Source: Nitrospirota bacterium
GTDB lineage: Bacteria; Nitrospirota; UBA9217
Assembly (NCBI GenBank): GCA_963754875.1
Contig: CAVWHO010000019.1
Span: 1 to 64,000 of the forward strand
Direction of reading: 5' to 3'
DNA: 64,000 nt
The notes below the pieces were generated by a model, which worked only from the letters and a program-made list of their open reading frames with translations, was not told where the DNA came from and ran no database searches. The position numbers and the translations under genes are program-made. Of the stretch, positions 30,988 through 40,841 are shown piece after piece; position 1 is the first letter of the stretch; each line of letters starts with the position of its first letter.

Positions 30988-33201
30988 CTACGGTTTCTCC
31001 GCTGCTCCTTTTGCAAGGGCCGCGAGCGGCCCGCGTGGCGCGAGCCTGGCCATTGCAGGGTTTGTGGTCCCGGTTTTTTTGCCGGAAATAAAGACGGTGA
31101 GGGGAGATTCGCCAACGCGCCATGTGCCCTTTGCGATGTTCGTTGGCTCGTTTCCCTCAAAAACGAGGTAGCTGTACTTGTTATAATGAGGCAGCTTCCT
31201 GGCCAGACCGGGCAGGGCTTCGGGCAGATCGGAGGCGATGAAGAGCAGCGCAAAATTGCTGTCTTGTGCGGGACGCGCGGAGAGCACGACTGCGTGGTTC
31301 TTTCGCCGGATATCATCTTTCCCGATCGTGACCGACTTCGGGTTAAAGGCAACTCCATAGGAGGACAAGAGACGCGCCGCGCTGTTCGCGAAGCGGTTCT
31401 CCCAACCGATGACCGCGATTGCGCGGTCCTGCGGGAGGTCCTCGATGTCCGAATCGAGCTTCACTACGGCCTCATCGGGACCGGACCCTGCAAGGGTCTT
31501 GGCGAACACCCGATAGGCGCTCAAAAGCTCTTCATCGACGGTATCGGGCAGGACGATCAGCATCTTTCGCGCTCCGAGCGCCTGGGAGATGGACGGCGGC
31601 GTTTCACGCCGGTCGAGTCTGCGGAAGACGTCGAATTCGGGGTCAACGTCGAGTCTCATCGGCGGCGCCGGAACCGTGATTGTGAAATCGGACTTCATGT
31701 CCTTCATCTCAACGATGGTTTGAAATGCCTGCTTCTGTCCGGCAAGCGTCACGGCGACAGGAACGCGCAGATGATAGGCGTCTCCGGGTTGGGTCTGCTC
31801 GAGTCGTGCGGTCAAGATGTACTTTTTGTCCACGATCGAAACGGTCGGCGCGTCGATCTTCAACCGGGGCGCTCCAGCACGCGTTACCCACTGCTCGAAT
31901 TCCTGCTTCAAGTCCCGGCCGGACGCGGCCTCGAAGCTGGTCCGGATATTGCTGAAAGAAGCGTATTGAAATTGGTGATCTTTGTAGAACTCCCGGAGAC
32001 CCTTCTTGAACGCGGCGTCGCCGAGTTGCAGCCGCAGCATGTGAAAGAACATGAGCCCCTTGCCGTAGCCGATGGCTTCTGTGGACGGGCTGTGGCGCGA
32101 CCGGAACTGTGTGAGCGGGAAGTCCTTGCTTCCCAGCACATAGTCGGCGTACTTTTGGAGCGTGGCCATGCGGTATTCCCTGCCTTCGCCCTGCTGTTCC
32201 TTCATGAGGTGGTCCGCGAGATAGGCCGTCAGCCCTTCCGACCAGTTGCCCTGCTCATAGTCGGGATAGACGCTGTTGCCCCACCAGTTGTGCAGGATCT
32301 CGTGAGGATAGGAGGTGTTGATGATGAAAGGAAGGCGGATGACCGTGGGCCCCAGGAGCGTGAACGACGGCATGCCGTAGCCTGTTTCCCAGAAGTTCTC
32401 GACAAGGGCGAACTTTTTATAGGGGTAGGGGCCGATGAGCTTGCTGTACAGGTCGAGATACCGCGCCGTGGCATAGAGATACCTTTCCGCAAGCGCCTGG
32501 TCTGGCGTGCGCAGGAACACCATCGCTTTGGCACGGCCTCCTGGTCTCGCGTACTCGAAGAACCTGTTGGCCGCGAGATAGATCTCTTCCTGCGGTTCCG
32601 GTGACATCCAGTGGACAAAGGTCATATTTCCGCCTTGATCGTGGCGAGTGCGCTCTCCCTGGCTGACCGCGTCCCAGCCGGGAGGCAATTGAACCTCCAT
32701 AGTAAAGGTCAGCAGACCCGGCCCGAGATCGGGATACCACGATGAGGACCCGGAAAGAAAAACGCCGTTTTCGAAGACGATGCCTGTTTCAAATCCCTGC
32801 GCCTGTCCCTTACCCTGGTGTTCAATCGCTTCGTATATGCTCCCTTCATAAGAGACCGTGAAGGCATGAAGCCCGGAAGGAAGGACGACTTTATACAATT
32901 CAAGCGGGACAGCTCCGTCCTTCTGACCCAGTCTCACGATCCGCACGAGGGGAGACGAGGGGATCGGTTGGAGCCCGCTGCGGAGAACAAAGGTGAACGT
33001 CTGCGGAAAGTCTTTCGGCAAACTGACCGTATCGATAACGCTGATGAGCCGTTCGTTGGGGGCAAGCGTCACCTTGAGGTCGTGGTGGGGGTAGCCCTCC
33101 TGAGCATGTGCGGCAAGAGGCATTAACGCAATTAAAAAAAACAGCGCCCTCGGCAACAGGACTTTCCGGACACAGCCCCGGTAAAAGCGAAAACTCCGCA
33201 T
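30988..33201 (-). CDS. Secreted M1-family (gluzincin) aminopeptidase
   Basis: GPYPY, HEILHNWWGN, NWSEGL, YGKG. Signal peptide ending AHA-Q. Confidence 0.88.
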   Translation of the reverse strand: MRSFRFYRGCVRKVLLPRALFFLIALMPLAAHAQEGYPHHDLKVTLAPNERLISVIDTVSLPKDFPQTFTFVLRSGLQPIPSSPLVRIVRLGQKDGAVPLELYKVVLPSGLHAFTVSYEGSIYEAIEHQGKGQAQGFETGIVFENGVFLSGSSSWYPDLGPGLLTFTMEVQLPPGWDAVSQGERTRHDQGGNMTFVHWMSPEPQEEIYLAANRFFEYARPGGRAKAMVFLRTPDQALAERYLYATARYLDLYSKLIGPYPYKKFALVENFWETGYGMPSFTLLGPTVIRLPFIINTSYPHEILHNWWGNSVYPDYEQGNWSEGLTAYLADHLMKEQQGEGREYRMATLQKYADYVLGSKDFPLTQFRSRHSPSTEAIGYGKGLMFFHMLRLQLGDAAFKKGLREFYKDHQFQYASFSNIRTSFEAASGRDLKQEFEQWVTRAGAPRLKIDAPTVSIVDKKYILTARLEQTQPGDAYHLRVPVAVTLAGQKQAFQTIVEMKDMKSDFTITVPAPPMRLDVDPEFDVFRRLDRRETPPSISQALGARKMLIVLPDTVDEELLSAYRVFAKTLAGSGPDEAVVKLDSDIEDLPQDRAIAVIGWENRFANSAARLLSSYGVAFNPKSVTIGKDDIRRKNHAVVLSARPAQDSNFALLFIASDLPEALPGLARKLPHYNKYSYLVFEGNEPTNIAKGTWRVGESPLTVFISGKKTGTTNPAMARLAPRGPLAALAKGAAEKP

Positions 33202-33757
33202 TTCCCCCCCGCTCCTGTCGCAATTGTTTCCGCGTACGTCTCGATATTCTCTGCTGTTGACTGCACCTGTCATAGGAACCACTCCTCTGCTTGCATCTGT
33301 ATGCTCTTTCCCGTCGGCGATAAAGACGTCCGTCTCATGTGCTTATGCGGGTTCGGTCCAGGCTCAGGCCGGTTTCCTTTCGTCCGTCGAGAACGGAAGC
33401 TGTCGAAGACGCTGTTGAAGCGATCTCCGGCTCCCATGGCACAGTATTGATCAATTATAGTCGTAGGCAACAGTGAAGTAAAGGGCCTCTGCCGGGGATC
33501 AGGACAGCAGTCAAATTTCCGGATTCCCGTCCGGATTCCCATCTCCAATTATTCGTGCGAGGAAGACGCTCGCAAAACAGGGCAAAGAGAACTGTGCAAC
33601 AAAGTGCATTGATCGCGGTGTGCCGCTTTTCATCTCCCATAATCATTGAGATTTCGATATACTTTAGCAGAGTGTTGAAAAAGTGTTTCGATCGTTTTGC
33701 CGAGGTCTTCCCGGCGATTTTCACGTCGCGTGAAAGAGGGGGGAATAATCTATTTTT

Positions 33758-34219
33758 ATGCACAGGACAAGCGCCGGCATATTACTTTACAGAAAAGAAA
33801 ATGAAGGATTGCGCGTTTTCCTCATCCATCCCGGCGGGCCCTTTTTTGCGAAGAAGGACGCGGGAATTTGGTCCATTCCGAAAGGCGAGATCGGCAAAGG
33901 CGAGGACCCGCTTGCAGCCGCGCTCAGGGAATTTGAAGAAGAAACCGGATGCAGACCTCGGGGCGCGTTCATTTCTCTTTCGCCCGTCACGCAAAAAGGA
34001 GGCAAGACCGTCATTGCCTGGGCAGCGGAAGGAGGCTGTGATGCGGAAACGATCAGGAGCAATACCTTTACGCTCGAATGGCCGCCCAGGTCCGGCAGGA
34101 CGCAGGAATTCCCGGAAGTGGACCGGGCGGGATGGTTTACCATCGGTGAGGCGAAGCAAAAATTGCATCCCGCTCAGGTCGCGCTCGTGGACGAATTGCT
34201 CGACAAATTGTCATCCTGA
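33758..34219 (+). CDS. NUDIX hydrolase
   Basis: Nudix box GEIGKGEDPLAAALREFEEETG, plus HPGGP and FPEVDR. Confidence 0.9.
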   Translation: MHRTSAGILLYRKENEGLRVFLIHPGGPFFAKKDAGIWSIPKGEIGKGEDPLAAALREFEEETGCRPRGAFISLSPVTQKGGKTVIAWAAEGGCDAETIRSNTFTLEWPPRSGRTQEFPEVDRAGWFTIGEAKQKLHPAQVALVDELLDKLSS

Positions 34220-34290
34220 TGCCGATGAGGGGAGCTCAGAATCCCGGAATTGCCACGGCCTAAGGTCACTAATACTTCGCCGGAGTTAAC

Positions 34291-34794
34291 TTGAAGTCAA
34301 AGAGTATGTTTGTAACTACGTTTCTCATTATTTGCGCCCTATGCTTCATTCAAGCTGCGTATTATTATCCCTTGCTCCCGGAAACGGTACCGTCACATTT
34401 CGGAGCATCAGGTCGGCCGGATGCATGGTCGCCCAAAAACTTTTTTGTGACGTTCTATCTCATTACTGTTGCCGTATGCTCTGTTCTCTTTTTAAGTTTG
34501 TCCTTCGGATTGTCCCGTATGCCGGTTTCGCTGATCAATCTGCCTCACAAGGAGTTTTGGCTCGTGCCTGAACGAAAGGAGAAGACTTTCGCGTATCTGT
34601 CCCAATACTTTCTTCTGTTTGCATCAGCCACCCTATTGCTCCTTTTCGATGTTTTTCATCAGTCTTTTCAGGTTGCTCTTGGCAAAGCGCAGGCGCTTTC
34701 CCACCCGTTGGTTAGTCTTGTTGTTTATCTCGCGTTGATATCGGTATGGACCATTCGAATGGTCGTCAAATTCAGCAGCACTCACACTGCATGA
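34291..34794 (+). CDS. DUF1648-domain membrane protein
   Basis: LPETVPSHFGASGRPDAW and four TM segments. Confidence 0.85.
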   Translation: MKSKSMFVTTFLIICALCFIQAAYYYPLLPETVPSHFGASGRPDAWSPKNFFVTFYLITVAVCSVLFLSLSFGLSRMPVSLINLPHKEFWLVPERKEKTFAYLSQYFLLFASATLLLLFDVFHQSFQVALGKAQALSHPLVSLVVYLALISVWTIRMVVKFSSTHTA

Positions 34795-35054
34795 CGTGAA
34801 AATGCTAAATGGAGGCTGATCCCGTCCCGTATTCTGAATAGCTTATCGGATAAGGTGGTTTAAAACTTTAAATAAGCTGAAAAAAAGTTTAGGCGGATTT
34901 TAAAACTTCGTTGACAGGACGTTTTTTCAATGATAATGTTCCCCCATGTTGCGCCGTATAGTGTCCATTGCCCTTCCATTCATTGACGGACTGCGCTATC
35001 TTGCTTTTATAATCGGTATACGAATATTCGGAAAGAGGAGGACCTGGACTGGTC

Positions 35055-35756
35055 ATGAAAAAAATTATCATCGCCGAAACGCTTAAACTGATGCTGCACA
35101 AAGAAGAAGGCTTTCTTCGCAGGAATGGGGTGACCGTGTTCACCGCGGCAACGAACGACGATATCCTTGCCCTTCATCAGGCGGAGAACGCAAACCTCAT
35201 CATCACACAGCTCGACATGCCCGGAATCAGCAGCGAACAGCTGTGTTCCACGATCAGGAAAGACGGGCGCTTGCGCTGGGTCTCCCTCCTTCTCCTTTGC
35301 AGTGACACGGCAGCAGGCCGGGAGCGCGCCTCGCGTTGCAATCCGAACGCGGTTCTCACGCATCCGTTTGACGTGCATGCGCTCCTGGATAAGGCGCAGC
35401 AGCTCTTGGACATTCCCTGGCGGGGGGCCTTTCGGGTCCTCCTGAGCGTGAACATCGAGGGGAACAGCAAGGAAAAGGCTTTTTTCTGCAAGTCGGAGAA
35501 CATTAGTGCTTCTGGCTTCCTGATAGAAACAGACCGTACTCTCGTAAAAGGTGATCACGTGACCTGCTCGTTCTTTTTGCCTGATTCCCGGCAGCTCGTT
35601 GCCCATGGCGAAGTCGTCAGGGCACTCACACAGACCACGCAGAAGTCCCTCAACCGCTACGGCATCAAGTTTTTCGAACTTGCACCCGAGGTCAAAACGG
35701 CAATCGAAGCTTTTGTTGAAAAAAAATACCAGCAGTCTTTTTGGAAGCCGGCCTGA
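35055..35756 (+). CDS. Receiver-like plus PilZ-domain protein
   Basis: Degenerate REC N-terminus. PilZ motifs RxxxR (WRGAFR) and NISASG, plus YGIKF. Confidence 0.85.
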   Translation: MKKIIIAETLKLMLHKEEGFLRRNGVTVFTAATNDDILALHQAENANLIITQLDMPGISSEQLCSTIRKDGRLRWVSLLLLCSDTAAGRERASRCNPNAVLTHPFDVHALLDKAQQLLDIPWRGAFRVLLSVNIEGNSKEKAFFCKSENISASGFLIETDRTLVKGDHVTCSFFLPDSRQLVAHGEVVRALTQTTQKSLNRYGIKFFELAPEVKTAIEAFVEKKYQQSFWKPA

Positions 35757-35862
35757 TCGGCCGGGACCGGTAAGAGGATCGCTTTTCCGGCCCTTTCCCA
35801 TGACCCTGCCGTTTGACTGGGAACACTCCTGCGGAGAATTCTTCAATCTGCGTTTCCCCTCC

Positions 35863-35891
35863 TTGACAGCGATATGACTCGGTGGTATCTT
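35863..35891 (+). promoter_or_regulatory. Putative sigma-70 promoter
   Basis: TTGACA-N17-TATCTT. Confidence 0.55.
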
Positions 35892-36078
35892 AAAATAAGA
35901 TAGGATTTGTCCTGATAAGCCAGGAATATTCCATGGCACTGGCTGGAAAGTCTCCCGGGGGGAAAACCGGCATAAAGGACCAGAGACGGGGAACGGCTCC
36001 ATACCGGCTTCGTTTCTCATCTGAAGTGCCGGTTTGTTTTTTGAGGAATGAAGGCGGGCCCCGGAGGACAAGGAGGTC

Positions 36079-36528
36079 ATGATGTCATATGCACGAAAAA
36101 CAGGGACGTCGAGCATAACCGATAAAATGGTTACGATCCGGCACGCGACGGACACGGACCGGGTGCGGGTAGAAGAATATCTTGCGAAACACGGGAAGAG
36201 CCAAAACCTTGCCGATGCCGAGGTCGTGATCGCGGCAGAAGATGAACGCATCATCGGATTTGGAATCATGAAAAAAGAGCAGGACGCAGGATGTGTATCG
36301 CTTTTCGAGGACAGCAGGCGGAAAGGGATCGGCTCGCCGATCGTGAAGCACCTCCTGTCCGACGAGCCTTTGAAGAAGGTCTACGCGGCGCATTATGCGA
36401 GCTATTTCACTAATTCCGACTTTGCGCGGGCAAAGCAGCAGCATGCCGCCCGATCGCGAAAGGGCGGCGCGCCCTGCCGCATGCCGTTGATGGAACGTAT
36501 GGCTATTCCGGCATATGAAAAACCGTAG
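36079..36528 (+). CDS. GNAT-fold protein
   Basis: TIRHAT, IIGFG, acetyl-CoA loop RRKGIGS. RBS aaggagg. Confidence 0.65.
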   Translation: MMSYARKTGTSSITDKMVTIRHATDTDRVRVEEYLAKHGKSQNLADAEVVIAAEDERIIGFGIMKKEQDAGCVSLFEDSRRKGIGSPIVKHLLSDEPLKKVYAAHYASYFTNSDFARAKQQHAARSRKGGAPCRMPLMERMAIPAYEKP

Positions 36529-36547
36529 CTTGCCGGGGGAGCAGGCG

Positions 36548-37480
36548 ATGAAAGAACATGTCTATGACTGTATCATCATCGGCGCCGGGCCCGGGGGGCT
36601 GCAGGCCGCCATTTATCTCGGCAGGTACAACCGGGACGTCCTGCTTCTCGACCGCAGCGGCGGGAGGACATGGCACGCACGGCGGATCGAAAATGTTCTC
36701 ACTCACCGGGAAATAGCGGGAAACGAAATTATCGAGCGCGGGATGGAGCAGGCGAGGAGCTTCAACGTCCGCATCGAACGGAAGCTCGTCGTGACCGTGC
36801 AAAAGGACGGTGTGTTCATCGTATCAACAGCGGAAATGGTCTACCGGTCCCGCTATATAATTGTTGCGTCAGGCGTGTATGATATCCTTCCGCCCATCGA
36901 AAATATCTTCCGGTTCCTGGGCATCAGCTACTTTACGTGCATTGATTGCGACGGACATAAGACCACGAACAAACGCACCATCGTGATGGGGGACCATCTT
37001 GAGAGCGTGAATATTGCCCTTGCGATGAAGCAGATGTTTACCAAGGACCTCACGTATATTCCGTACCGGTTCAGCTTGCCTGATGCTGCGGAGGAAGTGC
37101 TGGAGGAGGAAGGGATCAAGGTCGTCACGGTCGATCCGGTGAGGATCATCGGCGAGCAGGAGATGGAGGCCCTCGAACTTAGGAGCGGGAACAGCGTGCC
37201 CTGCGAGGCGATCATGGCTTCATTCGGAATCAAATTGAACGATCAGTTTTTAACGGATCTGCCTCTCAAGAAGGACTCCCTGGGATTCAAATACGTCGTC
37301 AACAATGCCTACGAATCGTCGATGCGGGGGCTCTACATCGTAGGCCCCCTGAACACCGGCCAGGACCAGGTCGTGATTTCTGCAGGCGAAGGGGCCGTGG
37401 CCGCCATCGACATCAACAAGCGGCTTTTGGAAGAGAATTATGTGAGCAAGGAAAGGGCCGTGGAAGCAGGGTCCCGCTGA
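36548..37480 (+). CDS. Thioredoxin-reductase-like FAD oxidoreductase
   Basis: IIGAGPGGLQAA, redox motif CIDC, ISAGEGAVAA. Confidence 0.88.
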   Translation: MKEHVYDCIIIGAGPGGLQAAIYLGRYNRDVLLLDRSGGRTWHARRIENVLTHREIAGNEIIERGMEQARSFNVRIERKLVVTVQKDGVFIVSTAEMVYRSRYIIVASGVYDILPPIENIFRFLGISYFTCIDCDGHKTTNKRTIVMGDHLESVNIALAMKQMFTKDLTYIPYRFSLPDAAEEVLEEEGIKVVTVDPVRIIGEQEMEALELRSGNSVPCEAIMASFGIKLNDQFLTDLPLKKDSLGFKYVVNNAYESSMRGLYIVGPLNTGQDQVVISAGEGAVAAIDINKRLLEENYVSKERAVEAGSR

Positions 37481-37496
37481 TAATGACGTGCTGTTG

Positions 37497-38357
37497 CTAA
37501 AAACCGTTCTTCTGCAGCAGAAAAACAACGAACGAAGCGCAAAGGCAGTAGATGCCGAAAAAATGCCAACGGCCGCGTTCCAGCCAGCTTGAAAGCCAGC
37601 GAAGGGCAACAAGTCCGGCGACAAAGCTCAATACCATACCCAGAAGACTAGGATAAAAAAGACCTGCCGTGCCGGTGAAGTTCAACGAAGACGTATGTTG
37701 TGCCTTCAGCAATCGCAAGACTTCCCGTGCGATGACCGGCGGCGTCAGAACGACGGCAAGGGCGAAACTGAACTCCTCGGCCCGCGCTTTTGCGATCCCC
37801 AGCAGGAGCCCCGTGGATATCGTTGCCCCGGAACGCGAGAACCCGCGAAAGGGCAGGCAGATGCCCTGCACGACTCCGATCAGCGAGGATCCCTTCACAT
37901 CCAACGAATTTTTTCCGACAGCACCACGGCTTCTCCGGCCGGCAACGATGATCAATATCCCCACGACTGCAAGCGATGCGGAGATCAAGGTCAGGTTGCC
38001 GAACAATAGCTCGATCTCCGCATGGGCATGGCCTGCCATGAAGAATTTCTCGATTATGTATTTCAACGATAAACCCACAACGCCCGTCAGGCCGGTGGCG
38101 ATTATGATGAGCTTCACGGAGGCCCAAAAAACCTGTTGTGAGGCAAAGAAGCTTACCTTCCATGATTTCCAAAAATAAAAGATGACCGCGAACATCGTGC
38201 CGGTGTGCAGCATCACCAGGAGAAGCGTCATTTCCGGGCTCGTAGGGTCGAGCCCCATCAATTTTTCGGCAACGATGACGTGGGCTGAACTGGAGACCGG
38301 CAAGAGCTCGGCCGCCCCCTGGACAACGGCAAGTACGAGAATCTGAAATAGCGTCAT
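37497..38357 (-). CDS. uppP: Undecaprenyl-diphosphate phosphatase
   Basis: QGAAELLPVSSSAH, GFSRSGATI, AEEFSF. Confidence 0.92.
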   Translation of the reverse strand: MTLFQILVLAVVQGAAELLPVSSSAHVIVAEKLMGLDPTSPEMTLLLVMLHTGTMFAVIFYFWKSWKVSFFASQQVFWASVKLIIIATGLTGVVGLSLKYIIEKFFMAGHAHAEIELLFGNLTLISASLAVVGILIIVAGRRSRGAVGKNSLDVKGSSLIGVVQGICLPFRGFSRSGATISTGLLLGIAKARAEEFSFALAVVLTPPVIAREVLRLLKAQHTSSLNFTGTAGLFYPSLLGMVLSFVAGLVALRWLSSWLERGRWHFFGIYCLCASFVVFLLQKNGF

Positions 38358-38475
38358 GTGGCAACCTCGATTCGATTAATTATGAAAACATGTAACCACG
38401 GGTCTCGATAAAGCCGGGATGCACGGATGAATACGGCCTGAAATGGTTTTTAAAGGCAACAGTTGCAGCCTCATT

Positions 38476-40209
38476 TTAGTATGCAAAGTAGGGAGCCCTA
38501 CCTAGGCTTTCTATTCCTACGTATATGTTTCGGCCGAAATAAAACGGGAGCCCCCAGTCGAACCAGACCGAAGTATAACCGCCAATATTGGAGAATACCT
38601 GGTTGGTTGGCGAACTCGTAAGGCTGACGAAATTATCAACCTGGAAGAAAACATCGATGCCCGGTGACCCGGCTGAGGCCCCGGAATTTGTTGCGGATAG
38701 TGTTACGGGGGACGGGGATGGACAGAACCAGGGCGAAGCAGAGCTACAGATCGGAAGCTGGACTAATGACGGCGGTGTGAAAAAAAGTCCGTTCGAGCCG
38801 CTGTCTACGATGCTGCCATAGAGTTTTCCGTTAAGAATCGTGCGGATTTGGCCGAACTGGTCCGCGTTGTAAGTAGTAACATTGGCAGGGGGCGTATTGT
38901 TCGTACTGGTCCCGATCCCGAGCACAAGGATACCATTGACCGAGGGTGCCCCGCTCGTTGGAGCGGTCGGCAGCTGAACGATCACACCGTTGTTGTCTGT
39001 GGGCAGACTCACTACGGGATTTGTAACCTGATTGGAAAGAGGAACCGTAACAGGGCTGCAGACTGCTCCGTTACATGAATAATATACCCCGATTGCGCCG
39101 GTCTCGCATTTAGAACCACAGTCTTGGGGGAAGACGCCGACGCCGAGTATGCCGTTAAATCCCGCAGCTGCCGGATTCAGGTCAGGACTACCGCATGACG
39201 AGGGGACAGTACCGAAGGTGGCATCGATGACCTGGATCGGGACGTTGACTGCCCGCTCGCTGTCGCTACCCAGGACTACGTCAGCTAATTTCACCGGCCC
39301 CCAGTCAGTTGAGCCATCACCGAACCGGGCGCAGTTGGCCAGAAAGCCCGAACCGCTTGCTACTGTTGGTAGAGAAACAGTCAAAAGGGTCGGCGTCGCG
39401 TTCGAGAATATCCGCAGGCCATAGCTTCCCGTATCCAGAAGGATGTCATCGATCGTTTGGCATGTTGTCGTTCCTGGTGTACAGACCTTGACGGTGACGC
39501 AGGGTTTGTTAAGGTAGCCGCTGGACGTGTTTGCGTTGCAGAGAGAACCATTTACCGTTATAGGCATCACATTAACGGCAACAGCGGGTGTCCCGCCGGT
39601 GACTGTCAGTGTTGTAGCTGCCGAGACGCTTCCTGATTTAGCCATTATTATCGTCATTCCGGCGGCAGCGGCAGTGACCAGGCCAGAGCCGCTGATAGTT
39701 GCAGCATCGGTGGTCGATGAACTCCAGGTTGCAGATATTGTAAGGTCCTGAGTGGAGCTGTCCGAGTACGTACCGGTGGCAGTAAACTGCTGCGTTGTGC
39801 CCATCGGAATGCTCAGGTCCGCCGGCGTAACCTCAATGGATACGAGCGCTGGTGCGGTCACTGTCAGGGTTATGGAATTGGAGGTAATATTCCCTGACGT
39901 GGCCGTAATGGTCGCAGTGCCCGTGGATTTTGAACTAGAACTAACGAGTCCGGCGTTGCTGATGGTTGCGACAGCCGTGTTTGATGAACTCCAGGTCACC
40001 GATGCAGTTATGTCCTTATTGGATGAATTCGAGAAAGTCCCCCGGGCAATAAACTGCTCGGTCAGTCCAAGGGCAATGCTCGGATTTGACGGCGTCACCG
40101 CGATGGATACCAGCGTTGGTGAAGGCGTGCTCGACCCTCCTCCTGTGCTGCCGCAACTCGTGAGCAATATAATAATCAGGAATAAAAAGGGCACTCTATT
40201 TGATTTCAT
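38476..40209 (-). CDS. DUF3443-family lipoprotein with two N-terminal Ig-like (Big_2) repeats
   Basis: Lipobox LTSC and two LVSI.VTP...TWSSS repeats. VC.PGT..CQTID.ILLDTGSYGLR and FDWGLPFYFGR. Confidence 0.85.
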   Translation of the reverse strand: MKSNRVPFLFLIIILLTSCGSTGGGSSTPSPTLVSIAVTPSNPSIALGLTEQFIARGTFSNSSNKDITASVTWSSSNTAVATISNAGLVSSSSKSTGTATITATSGNITSNSITLTVTAPALVSIEVTPADLSIPMGTTQQFTATGTYSDSSTQDLTISATWSSSTTDAATISGSGLVTAAAAGMTIIMAKSGSVSAATTLTVTGGTPAVAVNVMPITVNGSLCNANTSSGYLNKPCVTVKVCTPGTTTCQTIDDILLDTGSYGLRIFSNATPTLLTVSLPTVASGSGFLANCARFGDGSTDWGPVKLADVVLGSDSERAVNVPIQVIDATFGTVPSSCGSPDLNPAAAGFNGILGVGVFPQDCGSKCETGAIGVYYSCNGAVCSPVTVPLSNQVTNPVVSLPTDNNGVIVQLPTAPTSGAPSVNGILVLGIGTSTNNTPPANVTTYNADQFGQIRTILNGKLYGSIVDSGSNGLFFTPPSLVQLPICSSASPWFCPSPSPVTLSATNSGASAGSPGIDVFFQVDNFVSLTSSPTNQVFSNIGGYTSVWFDWGLPFYFGRNIYVGIESLGRAPYFAY

Positions 40210-40669
40210 CGATTATCACCCCTGGAGGGACCAATGCAGGCACATAAGCCCGGCCTTGCAGGTTCCGCATGTGCCCCCATGTCTCCACAACCACGCGGTT
40301 TGTTTTCACCTGCTGGGACCGTCGGCCGTGCTTACGGGGCATCTGACGTCGGGCCTCCCGGTATTCCCCTGAGTAGGAACCGAGAAGCTGTGTCAGATCA
40401 GGGTTGACCATACCGTTCCAAGCGACGGCGAAGACGATGCCGGAGGGTGATATATATTCCCGAACAGTAACTGCATCGGACTCAACCTGTTGAACTGTGT
40501 AGTTTGCATGGGTCGTCGTCGCAGCGCTCCGTATGGCTGAGAGGGCATTTCGGTCCGCCGCAACCGAGTCAGCGGGTTCTCCGAGTACTGCTTCGGCGGG
40601 TGGGGCCGCCGCGAGAACGGCAGTGAACAGGCTTAAGCCGAGAACCACGGCGTAATGCGTTCTTTTCAT
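40196..40669 (-). CDS. DUF2844-family secreted protein
   Basis: VREY.SPSG.VFAV.W.G...PDL..LLG.Y and GHMR...GRAY.P. Overlaps the DUF3443 start. Confidence 0.88.
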   Translation of the reverse strand: MKRTHYAVVLGLSLFTAVLAAAPPAEAVLGEPADSVAADRNALSAIRSAATTTHANYTVQQVESDAVTVREYISPSGIVFAVAWNGMVNPDLTQLLGSYSGEYREARRQMPRKHGRRSQQVKTNRVVVETWGHMRNLQGRAYVPALVPPGVIIDEIK

Positions 40670-40841
40670 GATCAAAGGGTCACCTCCCGCTTTTCTGACT
40701 GCCACTACAAGAACCGGCATTTTCTCGGCACGTCCCCGATAACACAGCCGGCTTTCCGGTTTTTTCCCTTCAATGATACAATGTATCCCATCAACAATTC
40801 AAGATAAATATCATCAATGTAGCGCATCACAGGGCAAAATG

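Noticed and set aside
31186..32604. Long antisense ORFs (also 48021..49775, 56820..58040, 40911..41882)
   Set aside because: These are shadow frames of well-supported genes in GC-rich sequence and carry no motifs.
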